Shown: one piece after another, positions 1 through 8,616 of the stretch
How the letters are laid out: every line of letters starts with the position of its first letter
Position numbering within the stretch: position 1 is the stretch's first letter
DNA from: a virus
Lineage: Duplodnaviria; Caudoviricetes
Reading direction: 5' to 3' (one strand)
Length of the DNA stretch: 63,852 nt
IMG/VR virus record: IMGVR_UViG_3300030389_002358
Coordinates: 1 to 63,852 of that record
Translations under genes and position numbers: made by a program
Notes under the pieces: model-generated
What the model saw: the letters and a program-made list of their open reading frames with translations, nothing else
The model's database searches: none
What the model was told of the DNA's origin: nothing

Positions 1-162
1 CTATTATCTTGCCACCTAACAAAATCATAACCAACTACGTTATACATGCGTTGTGGTTGTATATCTTGTATTCTTATCTTAACGGTGTCACCCATTTCAG
101 TTAATGCTAGAACGTGAGTAACCATAACCTGATTACCTCTGTATAAAAGGTCTGAACAGCTT
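1..162. repeat. Terminal overlap, copy 1 (matches 63691-63852; circular assembly)
   Basis: 162-bp direct repeat with 3 mismatches (positions 78, 84, 132); it cuts through a gene that reads intact across the join. Confidence 0.95.
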
Positions 163-242
163 GACAACATAGCCGATATTAATATAATAAGTAATATTAA
201 TACTGCTATTGCCCTGCCTTTATCTCTTTGATCATCTGTCAT
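1..242 (-). CDS. N-terminal part of a 161-aa lipoprotein spanning the circular junction (possible o-spanin or outer-membrane lipoprotein)
   Basis: ATG at 242 gives MTDDQRDKGRAIAVLILLIILISAMLSSC, a hydrophobic signal with lipobox LSSC; it continues in frame into ORF 63447-63815 and lies directly downstream of the endolysin. Confidence 0.75.
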   Translation of the reverse strand, partial: MTDDQRDKGRAIAVLILLIILISAMLSSCSDLLYRGNQVMVTHVLALTEMGDTVKIRIQDIQPQRMYNVVGYDFVRWQDN

Positions 243-260
243 TTTAATTATTTATAATTT

Positions 261-719
261 TTAACCATATAAACTGTATTGGGTTTTGCCATCTTGTCTG
301 TACGCTACTAAACATTTGTTTCTGTTTTCACCTGGATTAACATAGCTAACGTGTACCCAATCAGGATTTTTATTATCACCAAACTCCCATATCATCTGAT
401 CAAAATCTAAGTTGCCACGTATGTAATTAAACATTTCTGCGTTTGTTTTGTATCCATACGTGTCATCTATATCAACCGCTTGACCAATCATATGCTGTGA
501 CTTTGTACTACCACCAATAGCTTTATTAAGCTCTGGTCCTCTATAAAAAGAGTTTATTCTTATAGGTCCACCGACCCAAGACCTTAGTGGTTCAAATATT
601 TTACTAGCCAACAGTTTCATATTATCTAAATGCTCTTCTGTTGGTGTGTTGTCTAAACCTAACCTCAAAGCTGTTGCGCTTCGAGTGGCTTCTTTCATAC
701 TTATGTGCTTGCTTATCAT
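261..719 (-). CDS. Endolysin, peptidase M15 family (Zn D-Ala-D-Ala peptidase-like)
   Basis: Motifs INSFYR..LNKAIGG...SQH..GQAVDI and WVHVSY. Confidence 0.9.
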   Translation of the reverse strand: MISKHISMKEATRSATALRLGLDNTPTEEHLDNMKLLASKIFEPLRSWVGGPIRINSFYRGPELNKAIGGSTKSQHMIGQAVDIDDTYGYKTNAEMFNYIRGNLDFDQMIWEFGDNKNPDWVHVSYVNPGENRNKCLVAYRQDGKTQYSLYG

Positions 720-729
720 AAATTATGAG

Positions 730-1032
730 TTATCTTTTATATACTTTATTCTCTAAATTATCTACTTTATCTTCTAGTTTTTCTATTTCTTTTTCTAAAT
801 AATCTACTTTTTGTTTTAATAGTAAACCATCAGATGTTTCTTTTGCTTCATAAGCAGGTAATTCTTTAGCTAGTTCTATTTCTTGCTTGAGATTATTATA
901 GCCCATAGTTCCGGATATAACAAAGCCTATGACAATAGCTATGCTTTTAACATCAATTTTGAAGTCTGGCTTTTTATCGCCGTCAATGTCAATACCTATA
1001 GTTTTATCGCCTAATTCTTCTATTTTTTTCAT
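730..1032 (-). CDS. Single-TM coiled-coil protein (possible i-spanin or lysis accessory)
   Basis: Hydrophobic segment SIAIVIGFVISGTMGY followed by a heptad coiled coil; adjacent to the endolysin. Confidence 0.45.
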   Translation of the reverse strand: MKKIEELGDKTIGIDIDGDKKPDFKIDVKSIAIVIGFVISGTMGYNNLKQEIELAKELPAYEAKETSDGLLLKQKVDYLEKEIEKLEDKVDNLENKVYKR

Positions 1033-1334
1033 TAAGAAAGTGATTTAAAAAAGTCATACATTTGTTTTCCTATTAAACTAAAAACACCTAAACCTAACGC
1101 GCTGCGCCATTTTATAGTGTCTTTTCTAAAATTTGAATTTTGTTTTACTTCTGCCCATATACCTCCGTTTGGATCGAATAAATTTTGTTTAATAAAGCGA
1201 AGATCTTTTTTAACTTCCGTGTGTGCTGTTTTATTATCTTCGTTTAAGTTGTTAATTTCTTTAAATATCTGTTCGATTTGATACTCAATTAACTGTAGTG
1301 TTTCTTTTGTAGTGGGGTTTTTTTGAGCTGCCAT
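1032..1334 (-). CDS. Coiled-coil protein with C-terminal hydrophobic helix (holin-like or lysis accessory)
   Basis: N-terminal coiled coil, C-terminal WRSALGLGVFSLIG; first gene of the lysis cluster. Confidence 0.4.
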   Translation of the reverse strand: MAAQKNPTTKETLQLIEYQIEQIFKEINNLNEDNKTAHTEVKKDLRFIKQNLFDPNGGIWAEVKQNSNFRKDTIKWRSALGLGVFSLIGKQMYDFFKSLS

Positions 1335-1337
1335 AAT

Positions 1338-1367
1338 TAATTATCACTTGTTTTTATTAAACATTTA
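1338..1367 (-). promoter_or_regulatory. Candidate class-2 (middle/late) promoter TAAA-N16-GTGATAA
   Basis: Similar elements head three other operons (27948-27973, 43958-43983, 51881-51908). Confidence 0.45.
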
Positions 1368-4300
1368 ATCTATTGTTCTTCGATTAATTACTCTATCTTG
1401 TTTTTTTATAGTTTTTTTATTTTTTATTCTTTTAGAATATATAACTTCTTTTTTAGGTTTTTTATCTGCTCCAATTTCCCAGTCTTGCCAACCACCTAAT
1501 AATGCTAACCTTTGCCAAGTTTCTAAATCATCATTTGTAGCGTTTACAACGTTATTTGTTTTCTTAACTAATCTATCAAGAGGTATGTTTGTTGCTGCTG
1601 ATATTACATTTGCACCTGCTAATAAAGCTGGATTGTCTATAGCAAAACCTTTTTCCATCATTTCTTCTTTTTCCCACTGATAAGATCTAGCGGCTTGGTT
1701 TATTTTAGAAAGCTTAGATGATACAGGTGGAGATATTCTTGTTAACTCATATCCTATTTTTTCGTATTTAGGATTTGGTTTTTCTGACTCATCAAGTATT
1801 CTTATTATAGCGTTTTTACCTACAGAAACAAAAGCCCCAGCTATACCTATACCTCTTAGTAAAGAATCTAACATACCGTTAGCTATACTTTTGTACTTAT
1901 CTTTTTCGTCTTCTTCATCTACATCACCAAATGCTATAGCAAACACTGCTTGCTGTAAAGCGTTAAATATTAAATTTTGTACAGCTCCATAATATATTAT
2001 TTTAGAAACATTAGTTTTCCAATCACCTCTTCTATTTTTAAGATCTGAAGCTGCTTTCTTTATTAATCTAGCGTACTGCATAGGTGTGTTACCAAAAGCT
2101 AATATTATTCTACCCAATGGACCAGCTTGTTGCATTGATATTCTATCGGGTCTACTAGACTGTTGAGACTCTTCAGCTATTTCTCTAAAATCTTTCATTG
2201 ATTGAGCTTCAGCTTCTTTTTTACTCATGCCTTGCTTAACGTATGTATCTATTCTGTTCCTATAAAAAGTCGCGCCACCAGATGCTATTGCAAAACTATC
2301 AGCTATTTGTGTTGGTAAAAATCCTATTTCTAATAATTTACTTATAGCGCCTCTTACGCCACTTTGCCTTGCCATGTTTGCTATATCAGCCTCGTTGACA
2401 TTTATTCTTAAACCTCTACGTCTATCAACTAAAAAATCAGAGTTCATTAGTTTCATAAAGTCTGACCAAAACTGTGGCTGATTAGCGTAAGCTTTACCAG
2501 CTTTAAATATATTATTATCTTTAAAATTAATAAAGTTAACAGCAGATATAGTTTGTAATAAAGCTGATCTAGTATTAAAAAACATTATAGTACCTATACT
2601 ATTTGTTAGCCAGTCTGTTACTTGCCCAGTAACATTGTCCGATTGAAAACTTCTATTCCTACCAGTTCTCATACGTTCTAAAATACCTTCTAAAGCTGCT
2701 CTGTGTGCACCACCAAAGGCTGCTTCCATCTTATTTAAATTTTTTTCAGAAAATATAATATCAACATTTTGTTGCCACTCGGCTAAATGCTTAGCTCTTT
2801 TAGTTCCACCTAAAGCAGACTGCAAGTCAGTTGTAATAGTTCCAGCTAACCAGCCAGAGTTTGGCTTAGCATACTCATCTCCTTTTTGTATATTAATTAA
2901 TTGATCACCAAATACTTTTAAATCTGGTTTACTCTCTACATAATCTGTTAAATCTTTTAAGTCTGTTTTACTTAGGCCAGGTATATCCATGCCTTGTTTG
3001 TTCCATATGTAAACTCTAACAGCTTGCTCATTAGTATATGCTTCACCTGGAACGTTTTTACGTAAATTTTTAGGTACAATACCTATTTGTTTTTTAAGTT
3101 CTTTATAATCATTCATTAAAGATATACGCTCTCTTGATATGTTACCCATTGCTGTAGCGTATGGATCTAATAAATTCTTTTTATACCAAGCCATTTGATT
3201 ATCACCTAACTTACCTTTTGCTAAAGTATTATATAGTAATCCTACAAAATCTTCAGCTGATGGTGGTATAAAAAACGTAAACCTACCTTTACTAGAACCA
3301 ACAGCGGCTGCCTTTGCTTTGCTATATATTTTATCTGCACCTATACCTGTTTTAGCTTCTATAATATCATTAAAGTCTCTATCTAGTTTACTTATTCTAT
3401 CACTGTAAGCTACTCTAGTTTTAGATTTTACATCTAATACTTCAAGCGCGTCTTGTACAGCTTTTACATTTTTATATACATCATCAGTAAAATAAAAATC
3501 ATTATAACCTTCCGCGGCTTTACTTATAACCCAGTTTGCTTTTGCTTGAGGCGTGCCGTCCTCTAAACCTTTTATATTTTTTATAGGTACTTCTAAACCT
3601 ATGCCTTTTAAAAATTCATATATAGCTTGCGCTGATGCTTGAGGCCTTGCTGTTAAAACGAATACATCTTTGTTACCAAACTTGTCTATAGCTTTTTTAA
3701 GTTTATTAGCTAGCGGACCAGGTTTACCATCAATGACTTTATTAAATTCACTAAAGTCAAACTGAGCGCCATCTGACTCTAAGCTAGAGTGTTGCTTTGC
3801 AAATTCAGCTGGCGTTATTTTTTTAACGCTGCCATCAGGCATGTTAACTATGACTAAACTTTTTGTTGTTGCCAACGTATCATCAAAGTCAAATACGCTA
3901 ATGCCTTTTTTAGGAGCGTTAACATTTTTAGCATTACGTAAAGCTTTGTCATAGTTGTTTAAATCGTTTTTTAAACCTTCATTATTTTTAGCTTTACTAT
4001 ATTTTACCGTTGTTTTATTTGTATTTTTCTTAAAAACATTTGTCTGGTTTTTTCCTATATTGCTATAAGACTTGCCATAGTTTCTTAACTGTTTTAAGGT
4101 TTGTTTACCTGAAAACAAGTCTTGCATTAATTCTTTTTGTGTAGACTGAGGTAATGTATTGTTATTAAAAAAGTATTCACCCAACGTTTGGTTTGTTGGT
4201 ATATAATATATATTATTTAAATCTATACCTGCCTCACTTAATCTTATAGTAGATAATAAACCAACATCTAGTTTTAAACCGTTGTCTATAGCCGTATAAA

Positions 4301-7300
4301 ATAAATCAGGCATAGTGCTCTTATAGTCAATATCTAATAGGTCGTTATTATCTCCTGAAATAAAACCTTGCATGTAACCATTTTTTATAGCAGAAGAAAC
4401 TTGATTCATATTGTCTCTGTTAACACCACCACTTAACATTGAGTTTGCTGCATTTTGCACCATGCTATGTTCTTCTACACCTACAACATTTAATAATGGT
4501 TTTTTAGTACCAGGCACAACCTCATATATCAACGATGGGGCGTTAGCCCTTAACGGTGATCCTTGAGAGTTTTGACCTGCTATATTTACCTCATCTAAAA
4601 ACCAAGCGTCTTTTTTGTTTTCCTTGTAATATTCGTTAAAGTCTCTATAAAATCCAATTAAATCATCAAGTTTTTTCTTTTCATTTTCTACATATCCAGG
4701 CTTTTTTGTTTCAGACAACCACGTTGTAGAAAGTTTTTTACCCGGTGCGTATTTTGGTTTTTTAAAAGAAGCTTGATTAACTTTTTGACCTTTAGCAATG
4801 TTATTATCCCATAATTCTTGAGTGCCAAATGGTGATCTATCAATCCCAAAAGTTAACGCTTTATTTAAAAATTCTCTATACTTTGGGTGTTGATTTAAAA
4901 AATTATTAGTTATTCTTGATAAACCTTTTAAAACAGTTTCACCTTTAAATGCTCTAATTTCTTTAGGTAGTTCTTTACTTCTATTATACAAAAGATATTT
5001 TCTGTTTTTATCTCTTGCGTTAGGCTTTATTTCTAAATCTAATCTCTCTTGCTTTCTAGTTTTCTTTGTGGTGCCAACAGTTATCTTATCAAAAATTCTA
5101 GTTTTACCAGCATCTTCTTTCATGCTTAACATGATCCTACTAGTTCCAGATTTTATATCTGCTTTTATTTGTTTTGTCGGTTTAGCTGTTTTAACAGGCG
5201 AATCATCAACTTTGTTTCTTGCTATTAAATTTGCTACGTTTTGTCCTTGTAATTTTGCAGCACCTTTTAATAGTTGACCTATGCTTCTGTTGTAATTATT
5301 GAGCTGTCCAGTAGGCGTTATGCCTAAATCTTGTTTAAATTTATTAACAACTTCTGTTGTTGGGTTTATAAACTCTTGTTTAAGTTCCCATATAAAAGGT
5401 TGCGATGTTTTACCTCTTGATCTTTTATTTGTTTTATTATAAAAATAATTTAATAACCTATTATTTATACCTAAACTTAAACCTAAAACATCTCTTGATA
5501 CATCTATATTTTCACCTAAAGCATCTATATCCGCAGAGCTACTACTCACGTTTTGCTCTGGTAATATCTTTATAAAGTTTTCTGCATTTTGACCTACTCT
5601 AAAAAAGTCTTGTATGTTGCCAGCTTCTGAATTTTCTGGTATACCATCAGTTATTTTTTTAGCATAAGTTAAGTTTTTAGTAGGATCTTTTATTTTACCC
5701 TCAGGAACGTTAAATATTTCTGAGGCAACTTTACTAGCATACTTATCGTTTACTTCTTTAAATGTTGTTGTCGCTACTTGCTCTGGTTTAATATCAACTA
5801 TTTTATTTATAGCATCAATTTTATCTGATACTCTTTCAAACTTTGTAGGATCTATCTTAGTAACACGTTGTGTTTCTGGTTCTTGTGTTGTTTCAGTTTG
5901 CGTGTCAGCTATTTGCCTAGCTTGAGGTGAGTCAATGCTAGTAGTTTCTTGTGTTATATTTCTAGCGTTTTCATATATTTGTTGCGCCTTGGGCGCTATT
6001 GTATTAGTAACAAACGTAGAAAACTTAGCAGTATTAGGGTTAAATCTATCTATAATACCTGGTAGTTCTGCTCTAGCCTCTGCCACTACATTTTCTCTGG
6101 CTATGTCACCTGCCCTTGTATCGTACCTTAATGCTTTTAATGCTAATAAATCAAACTGTTTTGTTAAAGCTGTTTCAGCTTGAGTCCTTTGCGTTTGTGT
6201 TGTGCTAGGTGATTTTATAGACTCTACTAATTCTTCTGGTGAAAGCTCGTCAAATAAACTTCTAGACTCTCTTATTGTTTGATCAGTTTGTTGTTGTTGA
6301 GTTTGATCAACCAATGTACCGGTAGCAGCTTGCTGTGTTAACTTTTGTTGAGCTCTTGTTAATTCACCTTTAACTATACTTTTATTATAATCCTTAATGA
6401 AGTTAAACACATCTCTTGAGTTATTAAACTTTATATCTTGCAAGCCAGCTTGCTGTAATATTCTTCTAATAAAATTACCTATCTTGTCAAATGTAGTTTC
6501 ATTGTATGTTATATTACCGTTTGCTACAGCGTCTGCAAATAGTGTTAATGTTTCTTCTGCTTGTACCTCTTGTGAAGTGTCTTGGTATTGGTCTAGCCTA
6601 TTTTTAAAATTACCTTCTTGTAGTAACTTTGTATCAATTTTATTTATCTCTGTCTTTAAAGCGTTTGATAAATTAATAGCTGCTTGTGAATTACCAGATA
6701 CTGTTTTAAATAAAATACCGTGTAATAACTCATGCGCTGCTACATTAACAGCTTGATCTGCTTTAGATATTTCTTTATTTATAACTATTGTTTGCTCTCC
6801 AGTCTCTGAGTCTTGTAATATAAAACCTTGTTGTGATGAGGCTTTTTTATCTAAATTTTTATCTTTTGCTATTTTATCAGCTGCATCTTGATTTTCAGCT
6901 ATTTCAATATTTATTTTATCTATAGTACCAATTATATCTGTGACTTTTTGCGTTACTATGTTTAGTCTATTTTCAGCACTAATTTCTGTTAATCTAGTAT
7001 CTACTTCTTTTAATCGTTTAACATCTTCAGCAACTAATGATTTATTATCGCCAGCTGATTTTATAGTTGATGCTAACTCGTTTCTTTCTTTAACTAGCGT
7101 TACTGTTTCATTTATTAAGTTATCACTAATTTTAGCTTCATTGGCTACAGATAAAGCTGATCTAATTCCATTAAAATTATTTAATATGTTGTCTGATTCT
7201 TGTTGAGTTAAATCTCCATCATCAACTTTTCTCTTTAATTCTAAATCTAATATTACGTCAGCATTTTTATTTTTAGCTATTTTTATATTATCATCTGTTA

Positions 7301-8606
7301 CATTTGTTTCAACAAAAGCATCATTTACTGAGTTAAAACTTGTTTCATTTAATGTATTCCTAATTGATTTGTTAACGCTAGCTCTTCTCGCAAGTTGTAT
7401 ACCGCTACTAACAGTTTGCGTTTTACCACCTACAAAACCACCTACTAAAAATATATCAACAGCTTCTTTATAAAAATTTGTAAAAGCATCTTTTTTGTCT
7501 AACACAACTTGATCAGCTAATCTATTAAAAAATTCAGTACCAACTTCACTGGAACCTTCAAGTCCATATTCTTTAGCTATTTGTTTAAAATGTTGTTTTA
7601 ATGTTTTTTGTACAAACGTTTTTGATTTACCTACTAAAGATTTAAATAAATTTATACCTAATCTTCTTGTTGTAAATTCTAATAATGCTTCTGATGCTCC
7701 TATCCAAGTTGAATATAGTAATCCTTTTATGTCGCCAACTCTACCTCCTTCTTCTGTTTGGTACCTGTCTGAAGCTTTTGCTGCTGATGTAGCAAATATA
7801 GATGGTAAGCCTACAACAGGTATGAAAGCTTGTGCTAATGAAGGTAAAGCTTCTATACCACCTGTTAATATCCTTGTTGCACCTTCAGCTATATTACCTT
7901 CTGCTAAAGTTTCACCTATACTTTTTTCATAGTTGCTAAATTGTGCTTCAAGCTTTTTTGCTTTTTTATCAAGATCTCTAGCGTCTAATAAGCCTTTAGT
8001 AGCGCCAACACCAAGGTCACCTGGCAAACCGCTAGGAACATTGTAAATAGCGTTTATATAAGCGCGCTCTACTTCAGGAGACATGCTTTCAAATCTTTTG
8101 TTTTCTTCTCTGCCTTTTTTTGAAAACCTATTAACTTGCTTTGTCAAAGTGTGTCGTACATTATTAACAAAATCTGGCACTATAGCAAATCCTTCTAACG
8201 CCCTTATGCTTGATGCCTCTAATTTTGGCAGCTGTTGAGATATAGCTTCACTGAAGTTAAACTCATCTACAATTCCTCTTTCTGCTCTAGTAAGAAACTC
8301 TGGTTCAGGCTCTTTTCTAGGCTCAATACCTTCTGTTGGTTTATCTCCTTTTAATTCATCAGCTGATAATCCAGATAAAATACTAGATCTGCTAGGCGTT
8401 GCAACAGGATCTTGTGACTCCAAAGAAATATCTTCCGAAGTTAAATCCCCACTTGGTGCTACATTTACTGGTGCCTCGTTCGCACCCACATCCGTGGCAC
8501 CGGTTAACTTTCCCTCGTCATACTTTTTTATTTCCTCAGCAATTTCATCATCTGTGAGGCCTTTAGCGACGAGGCTTTGTATAAATTCTTTCCTCTTTAA
8601 ATCCAT
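1365..8606 (-). CDS. Large internal/ejected virion polyprotein with zincin HExxH motif, sigma-70-like region and HAD phosphatase domain
   Basis: 2413 aa, last gene of the virion operon after two other core-protein genes; HELLH at 6720-6734; sigma-2-like ...IIDRFNPNTAKFSTFVTNTI at about 5965-6250; HAD motifs DFDDT/LTAR/K/TDD at about 3450-3910. Confidence 0.75.
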   Translation of the reverse strand: MDLKRKEFIQSLVAKGLTDDEIAEEIKKYDEGKLTGATDVGANEAPVNVAPSGDLTSEDISLESQDPVATPSRSSILSGLSADELKGDKPTEGIEPRKEPEPEFLTRAERGIVDEFNFSEAISQQLPKLEASSIRALEGFAIVPDFVNNVRHTLTKQVNRFSKKGREENKRFESMSPEVERAYINAIYNVPSGLPGDLGVGATKGLLDARDLDKKAKKLEAQFSNYEKSIGETLAEGNIAEGATRILTGGIEALPSLAQAFIPVVGLPSIFATSAAKASDRYQTEEGGRVGDIKGLLYSTWIGASEALLEFTTRRLGINLFKSLVGKSKTFVQKTLKQHFKQIAKEYGLEGSSEVGTEFFNRLADQVVLDKKDAFTNFYKEAVDIFLVGGFVGGKTQTVSSGIQLARRASVNKSIRNTLNETSFNSVNDAFVETNVTDDNIKIAKNKNADVILDLELKRKVDDGDLTQQESDNILNNFNGIRSALSVANEAKISDNLINETVTLVKERNELASTIKSAGDNKSLVAEDVKRLKEVDTRLTEISAENRLNIVTQKVTDIIGTIDKINIEIAENQDAADKIAKDKNLDKKASSQQGFILQDSETGEQTIVINKEISKADQAVNVAAHELLHGILFKTVSGNSQAAINLSNALKTEINKIDTKLLQEGNFKNRLDQYQDTSQEVQAEETLTLFADAVANGNITYNETTFDKIGNFIRRILQQAGLQDIKFNNSRDVFNFIKDYNKSIVKGELTRAQQKLTQQAATGTLVDQTQQQQTDQTIRESRSLFDELSPEELVESIKSPSTTQTQRTQAETALTKQFDLLALKALRYDTRAGDIARENVVAEARAELPGIIDRFNPNTAKFSTFVTNTIAPKAQQIYENARNITQETTSIDSPQARQIADTQTETTQEPETQRVTKIDPTKFERVSDKIDAINKIVDIKPEQVATTTFKEVNDKYASKVASEIFNVPEGKIKDPTKNLTYAKKITDGIPENSEAGNIQDFFRVGQNAENFIKILPEQNVSSSSADIDALGENIDVSRDVLGLSLGINNRLLNYFYNKTNKRSRGKTSQPFIWELKQEFINPTTEVVNKFKQDLGITPTGQLNNYNRSIGQLLKGAAKLQGQNVANLIARNKVDDSPVKTAKPTKQIKADIKSGTSRIMLSMKEDAGKTRIFDKITVGTTKKTRKQERLDLEIKPNARDKNRKYLLYNRSKELPKEIRAFKGETVLKGLSRITNNFLNQHPKYREFLNKALTFGIDRSPFGTQELWDNNIAKGQKVNQASFKKPKYAPGKKLSTTWLSETKKPGYVENEKKKLDDLIGFYRDFNEYYKENKKDAWFLDEVNIAGQNSQGSPLRANAPSLIYEVVPGTKKPLLNVVGVEEHSMVQNAANSMLSGGVNRDNMNQVSSAIKNGYMQGFISGDNNDLLDIDYKSTMPDLFYTAIDNGLKLDVGLLSTIRLSEAGIDLNNIYYIPTNQTLGEYFFNNNTLPQSTQKELMQDLFSGKQTLKQLRNYGKSYSNIGKNQTNVFKKNTNKTTVKYSKAKNNEGLKNDLNNYDKALRNAKNVNAPKKGISVFDFDDTLATTKSLVIVNMPDGSVKKITPAEFAKQHSSLESDGAQFDFSEFNKVIDGKPGPLANKLKKAIDKFGNKDVFVLTARPQASAQAIYEFLKGIGLEVPIKNIKGLEDGTPQAKANWVISKAAEGYNDFYFTDDVYKNVKAVQDALEVLDVKSKTRVAYSDRISKLDRDFNDIIEAKTGIGADKIYSKAKAAAVGSSKGRFTFFIPPSAEDFVGLLYNTLAKGKLGDNQMAWYKKNLLDPYATAMGNISRERISLMNDYKELKKQIGIVPKNLRKNVPGEAYTNEQAVRVYIWNKQGMDIPGLSKTDLKDLTDYVESKPDLKVFGDQLINIQKGDEYAKPNSGWLAGTITTDLQSALGGTKRAKHLAEWQQNVDIIFSEKNLNKMEAAFGGAHRAALEGILERMRTGRNRSFQSDNVTGQVTDWLTNSIGTIMFFNTRSALLQTISAVNFINFKDNNIFKAGKAYANQPQFWSDFMKLMNSDFLVDRRRGLRINVNEADIANMARQSGVRGAISKLLEIGFLPTQIADSFAIASGGATFYRNRIDTYVKQGMSKKEAEAQSMKDFREIAEESQQSSRPDRISMQQAGPLGRIILAFGNTPMQYARLIKKAASDLKNRRGDWKTNVSKIIYYGAVQNLIFNALQQAVFAIAFGDVDEEDEKDKYKSIANGMLDSLLRGIGIAGAFVSVGKNAIIRILDESEKPNPKYEKIGYELTRISPPVSSKLSKINQAARSYQWEKEEMMEKGFAIDNPALLAGANVISAATNIPLDRLVKKTNNVVNATNDDLETWQRLALLGGWQDWEIGADKKPKKEVIYSKRIKNKKTIKKQDRVINRRTID

Positions 8607-8616
8607 ATTATTTTAT

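Noticed and set aside
1-162. True direct terminal repeat
   Set aside because: It interrupts a gene and the copies differ at three synonymous sites; assembly overlap explains this better.
1365-8606. Virion RNA polymerase (N4 or crAss type)
   Set aside because: No DxDGD/DFDID or T7-like polymerase motifs seen; DFDDT belongs to a HAD domain with motifs II-IV present.
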